Origin: Promethearchaeota archaeon
GTDB taxonomy: Archaea; Asgardarchaeota; Lokiarchaeia; Sigyniarchaeales; SOKP01
Assembly (NCBI GenBank): GCA_019058445.1
Contig: JAHPZA010000006.1
Span: forward strand, 1 to 64,000
Direction: 5' to 3'
DNA length: 64,000 nt
This document shows positions 21,735 to 31,731 of the stretch, piece by piece. A program made the translations under genes and the position numbers. Position 1 is the first letter of the stretch; each line of letters begins with the position of its first letter. The notes beneath the pieces were generated by a model. That model had not been told where the DNA came from and made no database searches. It saw only the letters and a program-made list of their open reading frames with translations.

Positions 21735-22913
21735 TTAGTTTATCTGCTTATCGGAATTTTTTTGTTTATGAGACGTTCGATATTGTTTAATGCGCACATA
21801 AGATAGAGGATGTTTTATTTCTCTTTGTGCATCATATTTTCTAGAGAAGTACCCTTCTAAACATAACTCATCCTTATACTTTTTAGCCATACACAAATTA
21901 TATGATTTTAAGGATTGACATGAATAGGGGATATACCCTTTTTTCTTTGCATATCTCACCTGATAGGTTGTTTTTTCTCGATTAAAATCAGGGAGTGTGG
22001 AAAAAATATTGACTATTTTATCTTCTGGATAATTAAGTGAGTTTAAAAACCATACTATATATAATCTCTCAGTATGGGTTAGATTTTGCCCTTCTTGAGC
22101 TTTTTTTAGAGTAGATTTTACACACGGAGGATAACTTCCCGAAAGTTCTTTACCAGATTTGAAATCCATTTCAAAAGTATATTCAAATTCCTCCTCTTTT
22201 AAAGACCATTCACTTGAAATGATATCATATATTTCTTTAAATTTTTCAAGCTTCAAAATTTCATTTTTAAAGTTATCTAGAGTCGCTTTATCTTCTTCCT
22301 GCTTTATAATTAATTTCTGGCGCACATATTCTTGCAATAATCGAATTAAATTTCTTTTTTGAATAAAAACATATCCATCAGAAAGAGAGTTATTTACCAA
22401 TCTTCTATATTCATCTCTTAAGCTAGCAGTAAGTTTTAAATAATCAAAAACATAAATTCGAAAATTAGTCTGAAGAATTTCTTCTTGGTCTTTTGTGATA
22501 TTTATTCCATATTGAATAGGAATATTATAGTATTTAATATCCAAATTTAAATCCATAAATATATCGTATATATACGCATCACCTTCATTTATTAACTCAT
22601 TGTAAGCGATTTTGGAATATAAGTTTGCAATACGGTTTGTAATGGCTCTATTATCTAATATATATAATAAGATTTTTAAAATCAAATAACAATGAACGTT
22701 AAGTTTATCAGCTTGATATTCGATAATTTGTTCTAAATTCTCAAATGCAGCTCGAAATAATCTTAAAAGCCTTTCTCGTATCTCCAAAAAAGGGTATGTC
22801 TCAAATGTTTTTTTAATAAACTCAAGAGGATCTTGAGAAGAAATTGATGATAAAACTGAATTAAGAGAAGGAAGCCATGGATAATGATAAATTAATTCGG
22901 TATGAATTTCCAT
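21735..22913 (-). CDS. priL: DNA primase large subunit
   Basis: YPW N-terminus, YPPCV, HTER, PDFN..TTYQV, SC..LC Fe-S cysteines. Confidence 0.92.
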   Translation of the reverse strand: MEIHTELIYHYPWLPSLNSVLSSISSQDPLEFIKKTFETYPFLEIRERLLRLFRAAFENLEQIIEYQADKLNVHCYLILKILLYILDNRAITNRIANLYSKIAYNELINEGDAYIYDIFMDLNLDIKYYNIPIQYGINITKDQEEILQTNFRIYVFDYLKLTASLRDEYRRLVNNSLSDGYVFIQKRNLIRLLQEYVRQKLIIKQEEDKATLDNFKNEILKLEKFKEIYDIISSEWSLKEEEFEYTFEMDFKSGKELSGSYPPCVKSTLKKAQEGQNLTHTERLYIVWFLNSLNYPEDKIVNIFSTLPDFNREKTTYQVRYAKKKGYIPYSCQSLKSYNLCMAKKYKDELCLEGYFSRKYDAQREIKHPLSYVRIKQYRTSHKQKNSDKQIN

Positions 22914-23038
22914 TTATGATTTCTCCTTTCATGATAAATGAATTAGTATATGTTAAATAAAATTGAAATTTTATAATTAAATATTCTAAGAGAATATTGA
23001 TTTATTAATGATTTTAAAAACAATGATTATGCCCTATT

Positions 23039-23842
23039 TTAAAACTCGTCCATATCCTCGTCTTCATCGTATTCTTCTTCCTCTACTCGGGGTGCGAGAA
23101 AATAAAACAATTCACCACCCTCAAGAAGGTTAAAGACCATTTTTAGTGGATGATCGGTTCTTAGGGAAATTTCTAATTTTTCAGTAATGGATGCAATTTT
23201 TAATATGGCTTTTAAGAATGTGAGTGAATACGCCGAACTACAATCTTCATTAATATCTGAATCAATTAACTCATCAAGTCCTATCTCATAATTCATTTCT
23301 CCAATTTGTCCCGATGAGCTGAAGGTTAATCCTTGACCCTTGGTCGATTTCATGTTTAATATTTCAGCATAAATTTCCGCGTCTTTTATTGCTTCGACTA
23401 AAAGTTCTGGTTCTATTACCCATTTTGAAGAATATTCAATTTTTAGTAAATTTTCCATTGGTATTTCTTCATATTCAATATCCAACAAGGCTAAACTAAA
23501 GGATCTTGAACGAGAACTTCCCTCACGGGTCATTTTAATCTTAATTTTTTGGTCTTCTTCGTTGAAATCAATTTCAATAGTATCATTGGCAGCACTTCTT
23601 TTCAAGATCTTATCTAAATCATCTAAATTTAAGCCAACTTTAGATTCCTTTTTACAAGTATATTCATCAAAATTTTCTTTTTTAATTGAGAGTTTTAATA
23701 GGCAAATTCTGCTCGGATCCATCGCAGAAATCGTAAACTCAGATGGACTTACTCGAAATTCTGTTTCGTCAATGATACTTGATAGAGTTTCTATTATACC
23801 TTTTAAAATCCGACTATTTTCTATTTTTAATGTAAAGCTCAT
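23039..23842 (-). CDS. pcn: PCNA sliding clamp
   Basis: AMDPSRICL, YSLTFL, FLAPR. Confidence 0.96.
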   Translation of the reverse strand: MSFTLKIENSRILKGIIETLSSIIDETEFRVSPSEFTISAMDPSRICLLKLSIKKENFDEYTCKKESKVGLNLDDLDKILKRSAANDTIEIDFNEEDQKIKIKMTREGSSRSRSFSLALLDIEYEEIPMENLLKIEYSSKWVIEPELLVEAIKDAEIYAEILNMKSTKGQGLTFSSSGQIGEMNYEIGLDELIDSDINEDCSSAYSLTFLKAILKIASITEKLEISLRTDHPLKMVFNLLEGGELFYFLAPRVEEEEYDEDEDMDEF

Positions 23843-24089
23843 AATTTATTTGCTCTTTTATAGAATTCTATTTTCGATAATATTGTTTTAATGGCACTTT
23901 TTATAAAATTTGATATTAGTCTTTTAATAACTGCTAAATTTAAGTCTTGAATTAGTTATATATACTAAACCTATATTAACGTCTTTTATTAAGGTGTATA
24001 CTCAAATTAATTATTAATTTGTTTCTTTTATTAATTTAATATTATATATAAAAAAAAAGACTTGAAATTCTATAAATAATTAAGAATTA

Positions 24090-24422
24090 TTGATTAAGAT
24101 GGAAATTAAATACGCGAAGCAGAGAATAATAGAAGATATTAAAAATTCGGATGAAAGAATCCAAGTCACTGGGTTTGTAAAAAGTACGGCGGAAGATCAT
24201 TTTATACTAAATGATGAAACTGACGAAATTAAAGTAAATATTAAAAATCTTGAGTTTAAATCAAAAGAGAAAGATTTAATTAATGTAATTGGAGATTTGA
24301 TTATTACTGTCGAGGGAGAAAAAATTATAAACGCTGAAATTATCCAAGATATGAATAAACTGAACTTCAAATATTATCAAAAATTATATCAACTAAAAAA
24401 GGAACTTGAAGAGACAAAATAA
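24090..24422 (+). CDS. Small OB-fold protein (RPA small-subunit-like)
   Basis: RIQVTGFV..FILNDETDEI..VIG OB pattern. Confidence 0.6.
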   Translation: MIKMEIKYAKQRIIEDIKNSDERIQVTGFVKSTAEDHFILNDETDEIKVNIKNLEFKSKEKDLINVIGDLIITVEGEKIINAEIIQDMNKLNFKYYQKLYQLKKELEETK

Positions 24423-24434
24423 ATTATCAAAAAA

Positions 24435-24773
24435 ATGGTTGAATTTTGCCCAGAATGCTCCAATCTTTTAAGAAAAAAACGAGAGAGTGGAAAAACATAT
24501 TTAGCTTGCAAATGCGGATATCAAAAAGAGATCGAAACGGACACTGATCAAATAAAAAAAACTATTCAAAATAAGAAAGATGCGTTAGATAATAACTTAA
24601 TTGTAGTTACTGATGATGATAAAATATCAATTCATCTTAAAACGGCTAAATTTTGTCCAAAATGTGGGCATAAAGAAGCTGAAACTTGGCAATCACAAAC
24701 AAGGAGTGCTGATGAACCAAGTACAACCTTTTTTAGATGTGTAAAGTGTAAATACACTTGGCGCGAATATTAA
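24435..24773 (+). CDS. tfs: Transcription factor S
   Basis: FCPEC, CPKCG, QTRSADEP, CVKC..WRE. Confidence 0.95.
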   Translation: MVEFCPECSNLLRKKRESGKTYLACKCGYQKEIETDTDQIKKTIQNKKDALDNNLIVVTDDDKISIHLKTAKFCPKCGHKEAETWQSQTRSADEPSTTFFRCVKCKYTWREY

Positions 24774-24871
24774 GATTTGTTCTTTTTTTTGTATAAAGCT
24801 AGCTCCTACAAAAATTATTTTAGCAATTAGATTATATTTTATTTTATACCATTAGAAAAAGGTATTAGAAG

Positions 24872-25642
24872 ATGGATTCACATGATTTTCCAATAATTGA
24901 ATATGATGATGAGCGAAATGCGATAATCAACCCTCATCAGATAGTTCATAAAATGGATGTACCTGAACACTGCCTTTTCCCTTTTTATTTTAAAACAATT
25001 GAACGCCTTAAAAAGAAAGGAATTCTAAAAGTGATTACATATGATATTGGATTTGCCATCCCCCCCTATCCTTTATATGAATTAGAACATAATGGCAAAC
25101 GCCTAGCTGTAATGACTTCAGGTCTCGGTGCTCCATTTGCAGCTGGTAACTTAGAATTTGCTATTGCAACAGGATGTAAGAAGTTTCTTGCGTTTGGATC
25201 ATGCGGAGTTTTAGATAAGACGATTGCAAGAGGACAATTTATTATCCCTACTGCTGCAATTCGCGATGAGGGAACTTCTTATCATTATATCCCCCCTAGT
25301 AGAGAAATTAGTGCTGATCCTAATATTATTACGAAAATTCAGGAAAGTCTGGATACAAAACAATTAAAATATAGCTGTGGTAAAACTTGGACAACAGATG
25401 CTTTTTACAGAGAAACTCCAAAAAAAGTTGAAAAAAGAAGGAGAGAGGGAGCTATTGTTGTTGAAATGGAAGCTTCTGCACTTTTTGCAGTCGCACAATT
25501 TAGAAACGTTCAATTAGGATATTTATTAGCAGGAAGTGATGATATTAGCGGAATTGAATGGGATCCTAGGATCTCATCAGGGGCACGTAAATTTCCAGAA
25601 AAATTTTTTTGGCTTGCTGTGGAAATCTGTCTTGAATTATAA
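24872..25642 (+). CDS. Nucleoside phosphorylase (PNP/UDP family)
   Basis: GLGAP, GSCG, RDEGTSYHY, WTTDAFYRE, VEMEAS. Confidence 0.92.
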   Translation: MDSHDFPIIEYDDERNAIINPHQIVHKMDVPEHCLFPFYFKTIERLKKKGILKVITYDIGFAIPPYPLYELEHNGKRLAVMTSGLGAPFAAGNLEFAIATGCKKFLAFGSCGVLDKTIARGQFIIPTAAIRDEGTSYHYIPPSREISADPNIITKIQESLDTKQLKYSCGKTWTTDAFYRETPKKVEKRRREGAIVVEMEASALFAVAQFRNVQLGYLLAGSDDISGIEWDPRISSGARKFPEKFFWLAVEICLEL

Positions 25643-25720
25643 AAAATCTAACTTAAGTACTTTTTTATTGATATTATTAGAAAAATATCCTCATAATATT
25701 TCGAGATTTATAAAATTTCG

Positions 25721-25737
25721 TGAAAGAGATGTTTCAC
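25721..25737 (+). repeat. attL core TGAAAGAGATGTTTCAC
   Basis: Identical to 43355-43371. Confidence 0.93.
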
Positions 25738-25764
25738 TATAAGATTAGGGATCGAATCGATACC

Positions 25765-25773
25765 TTTAAATAG
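25765..25773 (+). promoter_or_regulatory. TATA-like box TTTAAATAG of the integrase operon
   Basis: About 50 bp upstream of first viral ORF; same 9-mer at 28394 and 32377. Confidence 0.5.
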
Positions 25774-25825
25774 TTTCTTCTACAGTCATCAGTAACAAGA
25801 AAATTATGGAGATGAGAAGATAAAA

Positions 25826-26038
25826 ATGAAAATTTCCGAAGAAATGAAGTATAGGAATAAAATAAGAGAAATGAAAAACTTCTTAAAGCATTTAAATCAA
25901 TTACCCAATTATCCTAATGAACAGAGCAACATAACAGAAATAATGAATGGCTTCGGACATGTTGAGCTAAACGATTTGTTTGATACTTTAGAAGCTTTTA
26001 AAAATAAAATTGAATTTTACGATTTTCGAGGCGATTAA
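25826..26038 (+). CDS. Viral hypothetical protein
   Basis: 70-aa ORF starting the integrase operon. Confidence 0.6.
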   Translation: MKISEEMKYRNKIREMKNFLKHLNQLPNYPNEQSNITEIMNGFGHVELNDLFDTLEAFKNKIEFYDFRGD

Positions 26039-26042
26039 ACAA

Positions 26043-26180
26043 ATGGAAAAACCAAAATACGATAAGATTAAAACGCAAGATATACATTATATTAATGAAC
26101 TTAGACATAAAGAGTTTTTAATCGAAAATCGCTTAGTTAAAGAAGAAATAAAAGAAATGTTAATAGAGGTGATCCAATAA
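26043..26180 (+). CDS. Small viral protein (45 aa, not in ORF track)
   Basis: MEKPKYDKIK...LIEVIQ-stop fills the gap between neighbouring ORFs. Confidence 0.55.
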   Translation: MEKPKYDKIKTQDIHYINELRHKEFLIENRLVKEEIKEMLIEVIQ

Positions 26181-26669
26181 ATGACTAAATTAACAGAAGA
26201 TATACATCTAAGATTTACTGAAACGGAAAAACAAGATATAGTTAAAATGGCGGAAGAAACTAATATGAAAATTACAGAATTTTGTAGAAATGCTATTTTT
26301 AACCATATTAGGAGAATTGAAAATCCCGAATTATTTAAAGTGAAAAGTTCAATTAATTCCGCAGATCTTAATGAAATTATTTCCGAAGTTAAGGAAACAT
26401 CCGATATTTCAAATAGAATATTAGCAAAAACCAATTTAATGGAAATTATTGATAAAAAGCTTGATATAATTCATAAATATATAGTAGGCCCGTCAATAAG
26501 CACTAATAGGGATTTAATAACGGATTTGTTTAAAACTCATAAGACTTTATCTCTAAAGCAAATAATAGAGAAATTAGATTTAGATCCCGAATTGACAACC
26601 GATTTAGTTAAAATAATGCATAAAGAAGGAACATTAAAAACAAATTCTAGGGGGAGATACTATAAATGA
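26181..26669 (+). CDS. DNA-binding protein: N-terminal RHH plus C-terminal winged helix
   Basis: IHLRFTETEK..ITEFCRNAI (RHH-like); LSLKQII..MHKEGTL..GRY (wHTH-like). Confidence 0.65.
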   Translation: MTKLTEDIHLRFTETEKQDIVKMAEETNMKITEFCRNAIFNHIRRIENPELFKVKSSINSADLNEIISEVKETSDISNRILAKTNLMEIIDKKLDIIHKYIVGPSISTNRDLITDLFKTHKTLSLKQIIEKLDLDPELTTDLVKIMHKEGTLKTNSRGRYYK

Positions 26670-27571
26670 GTAATATAACAGATTTTACAAACAAGGAAAT
26701 AATTACTAAATATCTTAATCATTATAGACACTCAAAACAATCCCAAAACATGCGAAAAAGCTCATTAAACTATTTTTTTAGCGAAGATTACTTCGGTTAT
26801 GAAGGAGATATTAAAGATATTTCAAAATCCGATTTGTTTGATTATCATGACTACTTAAACCATAAAGAAGATATTAGTTTAACAACTAAGGAAAACAAAT
26901 GGCGAATATTAACGAGTTTTATACAATGGATTATGGAGTATTACGATGGTTTTTTAACTATTATTCCGTCAAAAACAGTTAGTTGGAAGCCTAATCATAA
27001 ACAAGCGAATTCAAACAAAAACGTTGTTCTTACTAAGGAAGAGATAAAAAAGATATGGAATTATTTAGAGCTAAATAACTTTAAATATTATTTAATCTTT
27101 AGGGTTTTTTCCGAAACGGGAGCACGAAAAAGTGAAATCATAGATGCTAAATATGACGATGTCAATATAGAAAAACGCTATATTAAAACTACTGGGAAAA
27201 AAGGAACTAAGATCTATTATATTTCAAAAGAACTGGCGGAATTATTGGAAATTCATATTAAAGAGCGAAAACCTCGAAATCCCAAACCTAAAAATCTATT
27301 TGTAACTAATCGTGGGAATAAATACAGAAGCAGGGCTTTTAACCTATATATACAAAAGCATATTAAAAACATCGGAATTGATAAACACGTTAGTTGTCAT
27401 ACTTTTAGAAGATCTCTAAATACAGAGCGAAAGAAAATGGGATGTAGTAATGAAGACAGAAAAATTCTAATTGGTCACGCAGTTCAAGATGTTAATATAA
27501 ACTCCTATGTGAAATTGAACTACAAGGATTTTATTAAAATGTTTGATAAATGGAATCCATATAAATTTTAA
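26666..27571 (+). CDS. Tyrosine recombinase / integrase
   Basis: TGARKSE, GKK, HTFRR, IGH, SY catalytic residues; stop/start overlap with upstream ORF. Confidence 0.95.
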   Translation: MSNITDFTNKEIITKYLNHYRHSKQSQNMRKSSLNYFFSEDYFGYEGDIKDISKSDLFDYHDYLNHKEDISLTTKENKWRILTSFIQWIMEYYDGFLTIIPSKTVSWKPNHKQANSNKNVVLTKEEIKKIWNYLELNNFKYYLIFRVFSETGARKSEIIDAKYDDVNIEKRYIKTTGKKGTKIYYISKELAELLEIHIKERKPRNPKPKNLFVTNRGNKYRSRAFNLYIQKHIKNIGIDKHVSCHTFRRSLNTERKKMGCSNEDRKILIGHAVQDVNINSYVKLNYKDFIKMFDKWNPYKF

Positions 27572-27910
27572 TAATTTTTTTACCCTATTTTTATACTATT
27601 TTATTAAATATTTTCCTGATTTTTATATTTTTGTCATTATTTTTAGCTTCTCGATGTATTCTATGAAGAGCTTAAGCGATATTTTTTTTCCATTTTTCTC
27701 CATTTCGATTTAAACTATCTTAAATGGAGATGATAAGATATTTTCTAGCGAAAAAGCGACATGTTTATCCGTATATTTCGCTTGATTCCTCTTATCCTGT
27801 GGGGAGATGTGGTTAATTTTTTGCGGAAAAGTTAAAATTACGTTATGTTTGATCGTACATATCCGTGAGGAGATATGTACAGGCGTACATATCGATAATA
27901 AACCTAATAG

Positions 27911-28205
27911 AGTCGCAGAATCTGCAACCCTAAAAAAAGATTCTAAACCCAAAGTCGACAAGGGAAAGTAAAGTAATATTTGATCCCAATCAATTTACTT
28001 TCTTGATTGCTTCTGTGTCTATTTTAGGTTTGACAGATTCTGTCTCTCCTAAACTCCAACTTGAGTATGTGCCTTTACTGTTGACTCCGACACCCCGAAT
28101 TTCTTAGCTGTCGCTTTAGTAAAGCGTTCAGCGGGTTTATCTACTTTCTTGATTGCTTCCTTGTCGATTTTAGGTTTATTTTCCCGTTTCGCAGATTCTG
28201 CGACT
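27911..28205. pseudogene. Rearranged fragments of a ParB-like HTH gene with three palindromic boxes
   Basis: VAESA..KPK(I/V)D cassette in three copies (one +, two -); FTKATAKKFGVSESTV HTH-like; 15-bp inverted repeat 27911-27925/28191-28205. Confidence 0.45.
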
Positions 28206-28393
28206 TGGGAAAATATAAAAATTTTTTGAGTGACAAAAATCTTTTCGCGTGACATATTTATCTCGCGTGACATTAACCAAATTGCAGAATAGTTTGAGGA
28301 AAAAAGCGAAATCGAAACATTTTTATAGTTACTTTGACTAGTATATGGTGAAGTATTACTAAATAATAAAAAGTAAAAAAAACCATGCAAGGT

Positions 28394-28402
28394 TTTAAAT
28401 AG
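28394..28402 (+). promoter_or_regulatory. TATA-like box of the RHH-TFB operon
   Basis: GCAAGGT-TTTAAATAG about 40 bp before ATG 28443. Confidence 0.55.
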
Positions 28403-28442
28403 ACTTTTTTTTTTATTTTTACTAGGTAAAAATTAGTAAAAA

Positions 28443-28574
28443 ATGAAATTATTGAATTTTAAAGTAACGGAAAAAATATACAAACAACTAAAAGAGTATA
28501 TAGAAAAACGTGGGCAAACCAAATCCGCAATTCTAAGAGAAGCTTTATTCGAATACTTAGAGAAGAATAGATAA
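28443..28574 (+). CDS. CopG-like ribbon-helix-helix protein (43 aa, not in ORF track)
   Basis: MKLLNFKVTEKIYKQLKEYIEKRGQTKSAILREALFEYL. Confidence 0.8.
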   Translation: MKLLNFKVTEKIYKQLKEYIEKRGQTKSAILREALFEYLEKNR

Positions 28575-28580
28575 GCTTCA

Positions 28581-29390
28581 ATGCATTGCGACGAATGTTC
28601 GGGCGCTATTAATTATATCGGAATCTGTGAAGAATGCGGATTAATTGATAACGAAATCCATAAAGAAAGTATGCTAGATTTAGATCCTATGAGTTTTAAT
28701 AAGAATGGTGAGCTTAAGAAAGATCATGGAATTTTTTATAAATCTAATATTCCGTGTATAGCAGTTACAACAAAAGTAAGTAGAAAAAACGCTAACAATT
28801 CCGATTTATTTAGAGCTTTAAAATGGGATGGAAATTACAAATGGGATATACAAAAATTCATGATTTTTAAAAAAGAAATTGAGTATATTTGCGAAAATTT
28901 AAACATAAAAAACGATTTGAAGTTTACAATCTTAGATATGGGAAAACGGATTTTGGGAAATCTAATCTTATCTGGGAAAAGGATTGAAGATATGGCGGGA
29001 GCAATTGTTTATTTGACGGCTAGAATTGAAGAATTGCCTATATTGATTGATGATCTTAAAGATTTAGAATACAAAAATACTTATCGTTATTACGTTTTCT
29101 TAGTTAAAAAAATGGGATATTTTAACATATTAAAAAACCCAAATCTGAGAAGATTTTTATATCGGTTTATAGTAGAATTAGAATTAAGTGAAAAAGTTGC
29201 GTTAGAATGTCTGAAAACGCTATTAAAATTAAAGCAAATTTCCGCGAAAATAAATATCAAATCTGCAAGTGTTATTTACTATGTTTGTAAAAAAAACGGA
29301 ATTAATATAACTCAAAATAAGATTTCCGAAGTTTGTAAATGTAGTGTGGTGCAAATGAGGGAAATAATAAAAATATTGAATAAAAAATGA
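28581..29390 (+). CDS. Virus-encoded TFB/TFIIB homologue
   Basis: CDEC..CEECG Zn ribbon; GKRIEDMAGAIVYLTAR and ASVIYYVC..ITQNKISEVCKCSVVQMR cyclin repeats. Confidence 0.85.
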   Translation: MHCDECSGAINYIGICEECGLIDNEIHKESMLDLDPMSFNKNGELKKDHGIFYKSNIPCIAVTTKVSRKNANNSDLFRALKWDGNYKWDIQKFMIFKKEIEYICENLNIKNDLKFTILDMGKRILGNLILSGKRIEDMAGAIVYLTARIEELPILIDDLKDLEYKNTYRYYVFLVKKMGYFNILKNPNLRRFLYRFIVELELSEKVALECLKTLLKLKQISAKINIKSASVIYYVCKKNGINITQNKISEVCKCSVVQMREIIKILNKK

Positions 29391-29539
29391 ATCCAAAAAA
29401 AATAAGAGAATGCCCAGTGTGCGGTTCAAAACACTTCTTCATAGCTGGATCATTAAATACGTACGGTTGGTTTACCGATATCATAATTTACTGTTATTCT
29501 TGTAAGAAATATCGCGGAATAATAGATACAGAAGGTTAA
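29387..29539 (+). CDS. Small Zn-finger protein (50 aa, not in ORF track)
   Basis: CPVC...CYSC; ATGA overlap with TFB stop. Confidence 0.7.
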   Translation: MNPKKIRECPVCGSKHFFIAGSLNTYGWFTDIIIYCYSCKKYRGIIDTEG

Positions 29540-29553
29540 GTATTTTTACAAAA

Positions 29554-29811
29554 ATGAAAGAATTGAATAAAGTTAAACTTATAGAAAAAATTGAGATGGG
29601 AATAGGCGTGAAGAATGGGGATATAGAACACTGTTTAAACGACGATAATATGTTTGATATAACAAGTAGAATTAAGGAAAATGAACATAATTGTAATCCC
29701 CTTTATATTACTATTCCTTTCTCTTTTCTCCTAAAGCGTTTTAACCTTAGAAGGAAAAATCGAGAATTAAAAATAGGTTTAGGGTTAAAAGTAACATATA
29801 AAGAGGATTAA
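29554..29811 (+). CDS. Viral hypothetical protein
   Basis: Co-oriented ORF in tightly packed operon. Confidence 0.6.
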   Translation: MKELNKVKLIEKIEMGIGVKNGDIEHCLNDDNMFDITSRIKENEHNCNPLYITIPFSFLLKRFNLRRKNRELKIGLGLKVTYKED

Positions 29812-29835
29812 ACATCCTCTATTTTTTTTTCAAAA

Positions 29836-30150
29836 ATGCCAGAGTTAAAAGAAATGCCAGAAATTATAAGATCTCAGAGATTAATAACCTATGATAATAA
29901 AAAAGTATGGGCGACGGAAAGTGTTTGTATGGATGTTAAATTTAATGGAGTGGAAAATTATTTCACGATAGATAATGCCCAGTCAGAAGCTACTAAGAAA
30001 ATCAATGGGATTTTGGATGAGCTAGATAAATTGATTGAGAAGATATATTTCGCGGGAAAATTTTATGGTGCAAATATGTTAAATTGCAAGGTTAAGATCG
30101 CCAAAATTAAAGAATTGTTGCCTGTTACGATAAAAGATGACGGAAGATAA
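29836..30150 (+). CDS. Viral hypothetical protein
   Basis: Co-oriented ORF in operon. Confidence 0.6.
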   Translation: MPELKEMPEIIRSQRLITYDNKKVWATESVCMDVKFNGVENYFTIDNAQSEATKKINGILDELDKLIEKIYFAGKFYGANMLNCKVKIAKIKELLPVTIKDDGR

Positions 30151-30571
30151 ATCAACATTAGAAATTACTAAATTTCCGCAGACTAAAAAGAATGATAGTA
30201 TAGATGCATTAGGAATGGAAATAAAACAATTGAAGGGAAATTTGATGGAAATTGAAAATTTGAAAAACGATTTAAAAATCATAAAACGATTATTCTATTT
30301 GATGATCTCATATAAAGAATTCAGAAATAACGAATTTCTTTATTTGATTCAAGATTTATTAATAGATAACAATGTAAGAAATGATAAAACCTACAAGAAT
30401 CATCTAATAGAAGTAAACCTAGATCAATTAAGGAAAGCAATTAAGAAGATTGAAGATTTTAAGGAGATAGAAGATTTAGGACCTCATGAAGTAGGATTAA
30501 AAATTCTAAGAGAAAATGAAACCCTAAAAGATCATATTAATTGGATGATTAGGGAAAATGACGGAGATTAA
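30137..30571 (+). CDS. Viral coiled-coil hypothetical protein
   Basis: Overlaps both neighbours; heptad-like pattern. Confidence 0.6.
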   Translation: MTEDKSTLEITKFPQTKKNDSIDALGMEIKQLKGNLMEIENLKNDLKIIKRLFYLMISYKEFRNNEFLYLIQDLLIDNNVRNDKTYKNHLIEVNLDQLRKAIKKIEDFKEIEDLGPHEVGLKILRENETLKDHINWMIRENDGD

Positions 30572-30953
30572 AGATATACCTTTTGACATTGAAAATTTGA
30601 ATCTCTTAGAGTTAATTGGAGGGAAGACAGCAGATCTCTCCAGATTTTTAGGAGTGAATGGAGACATTGTTTTTATTACGTGTATCTGGGACGGGTTAAC
30701 CAATTTTTATACCCGAATAGCAGATTATGATCAAGCTTTACAAGAAAAGGAATTAACAAGAAAACAACATTTTGTTAAAATTTGGAAATTAAAGAATGAA
30801 ATGTTAAACATGTTTTCCTCAATTTGCGACACGATATCAACTGTTCCAGAGTTTAATGAAATGATTGACGACGATACAAAAAGCAGTATAAAGAAATGGC
30901 GTGAAGCGTATAAGAGCTTTATTGAAAATACAGAAAAAGTAGTTAAGGAATAA
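30558..30953 (+). CDS. Viral hypothetical protein
   Basis: Overlapping co-oriented ORF. Confidence 0.6.
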   Translation: MTEIKDIPFDIENLNLLELIGGKTADLSRFLGVNGDIVFITCIWDGLTNFYTRIADYDQALQEKELTRKQHFVKIWKLKNEMLNMFSSICDTISTVPEFNEMIDDDTKSSIKKWREAYKSFIENTEKVVKE

Positions 30954-30991
30954 ATTAAATTCCTTTATTTTTTTTATTGTAGTGAGAAAAA

Positions 30992-31234
30992 ATGATGCAA
31001 AATATAAATTTAGAAAAAGATTTTAAGGGAGTTTATTATGAGGCATCTTCTAATAATACTTCTTATAATGACGCGATAAATTCCCTTATTTCTAAAATAA
31101 TGCAAACACTTAAAAACTCTATTGATCCTAAAGAGAAAAAAGCATCGATTGGATTGTTTGGGAATATAATAACAACCTTATCTATAAAGGATCAAGATTT
31201 TAAAGAAATAGAAATATTTGGAAGTATTAGATAA
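30992..31234 (+). CDS. Viral hypothetical protein
   Basis: Co-oriented ORF. Confidence 0.55.
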   Translation: MMQNINLEKDFKGVYYEASSNNTSYNDAINSLISKIMQTLKNSIDPKEKKASIGLFGNIITTLSIKDQDFKEIEIFGSIR

Positions 31235-31265
31235 ATAACTAAAAAAGAACGGGTAAGTGAAATTT

Positions 31266-31415
31266 ATGAAATTATGGTTTAGTGCGAATATATTGAATCG
31301 AATAAACAATATAAAACATAAGAATGAGACAGTAACGCAATTTATTAAAAGGGCTGTTGAGTATTATGTTTTGGAATGTGAACGTGAATATAATGAAAAT
31401 AAAAAAGACACCTGA
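31266..31415 (+). CDS. Small RHH-like protein (49 aa, not in ORF track)
   Basis: MKLWFS..ETVTQFIKRAVEYY. Confidence 0.55.
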   Translation: MKLWFSANILNRINNIKHKNETVTQFIKRAVEYYVLECEREYNENKKDT

Positions 31416-31731
31416 AGAGAATTATTATAAAAAACGCACAGAGTATATCCGTTTATTCATAATTGAGGATAAAAAAATAAATGAAATATCGGAAATTACG
31501 GGAGATTCAAAATCGAGGGCAAGGTATTTAATTTATAGTAAATGGGATTTAAAGAAAAAAGGAAATCCATTATATTTGATGTATAAGAATAGGAGAGAGG
31601 AAACGGATAAACGGAAAATTGAGAGATTACTTGAAGATGGGAAAACAAGAAAGGAGATTTATTCGAAGTTTAAAGAAAATTACAAAACTTTTTTGTCTTA
31701 TTGTAAGCGTTTAGGAGTTAGGGGAGACTGA
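31393..31731 (+). CDS. Basic double-HTH-like protein adjoining origin-like repeats
   Basis: KKINEISEITGDSKSRARY and GKTRKEIY..YCKRLGV; ATG at 31393. Confidence 0.55.
   Translation: MKIKKTPEENYYKKRTEYIRLFIIEDKKINEISEITGDSKSRARYLIYSKWDLKKKGNPLYLMYKNRREETDKRKIERLLEDGKTRKEIYSKFKENYKTFLSYCKRLGVRGD

Noticed and set aside
25643-25760. tRNA at the attachment site
   Set aside because: No cloverleaf or GC-rich stems at either att; the TTCGATCCC at 43336 resembles a T-loop but lacks the rest of a tRNA
28049-28390. 113-aa minus-strand ORF as an intact gene
   Set aside because: 5' half runs through promoter-like low-complexity DNA; only the 3' part looks coding, so treated as a fragment
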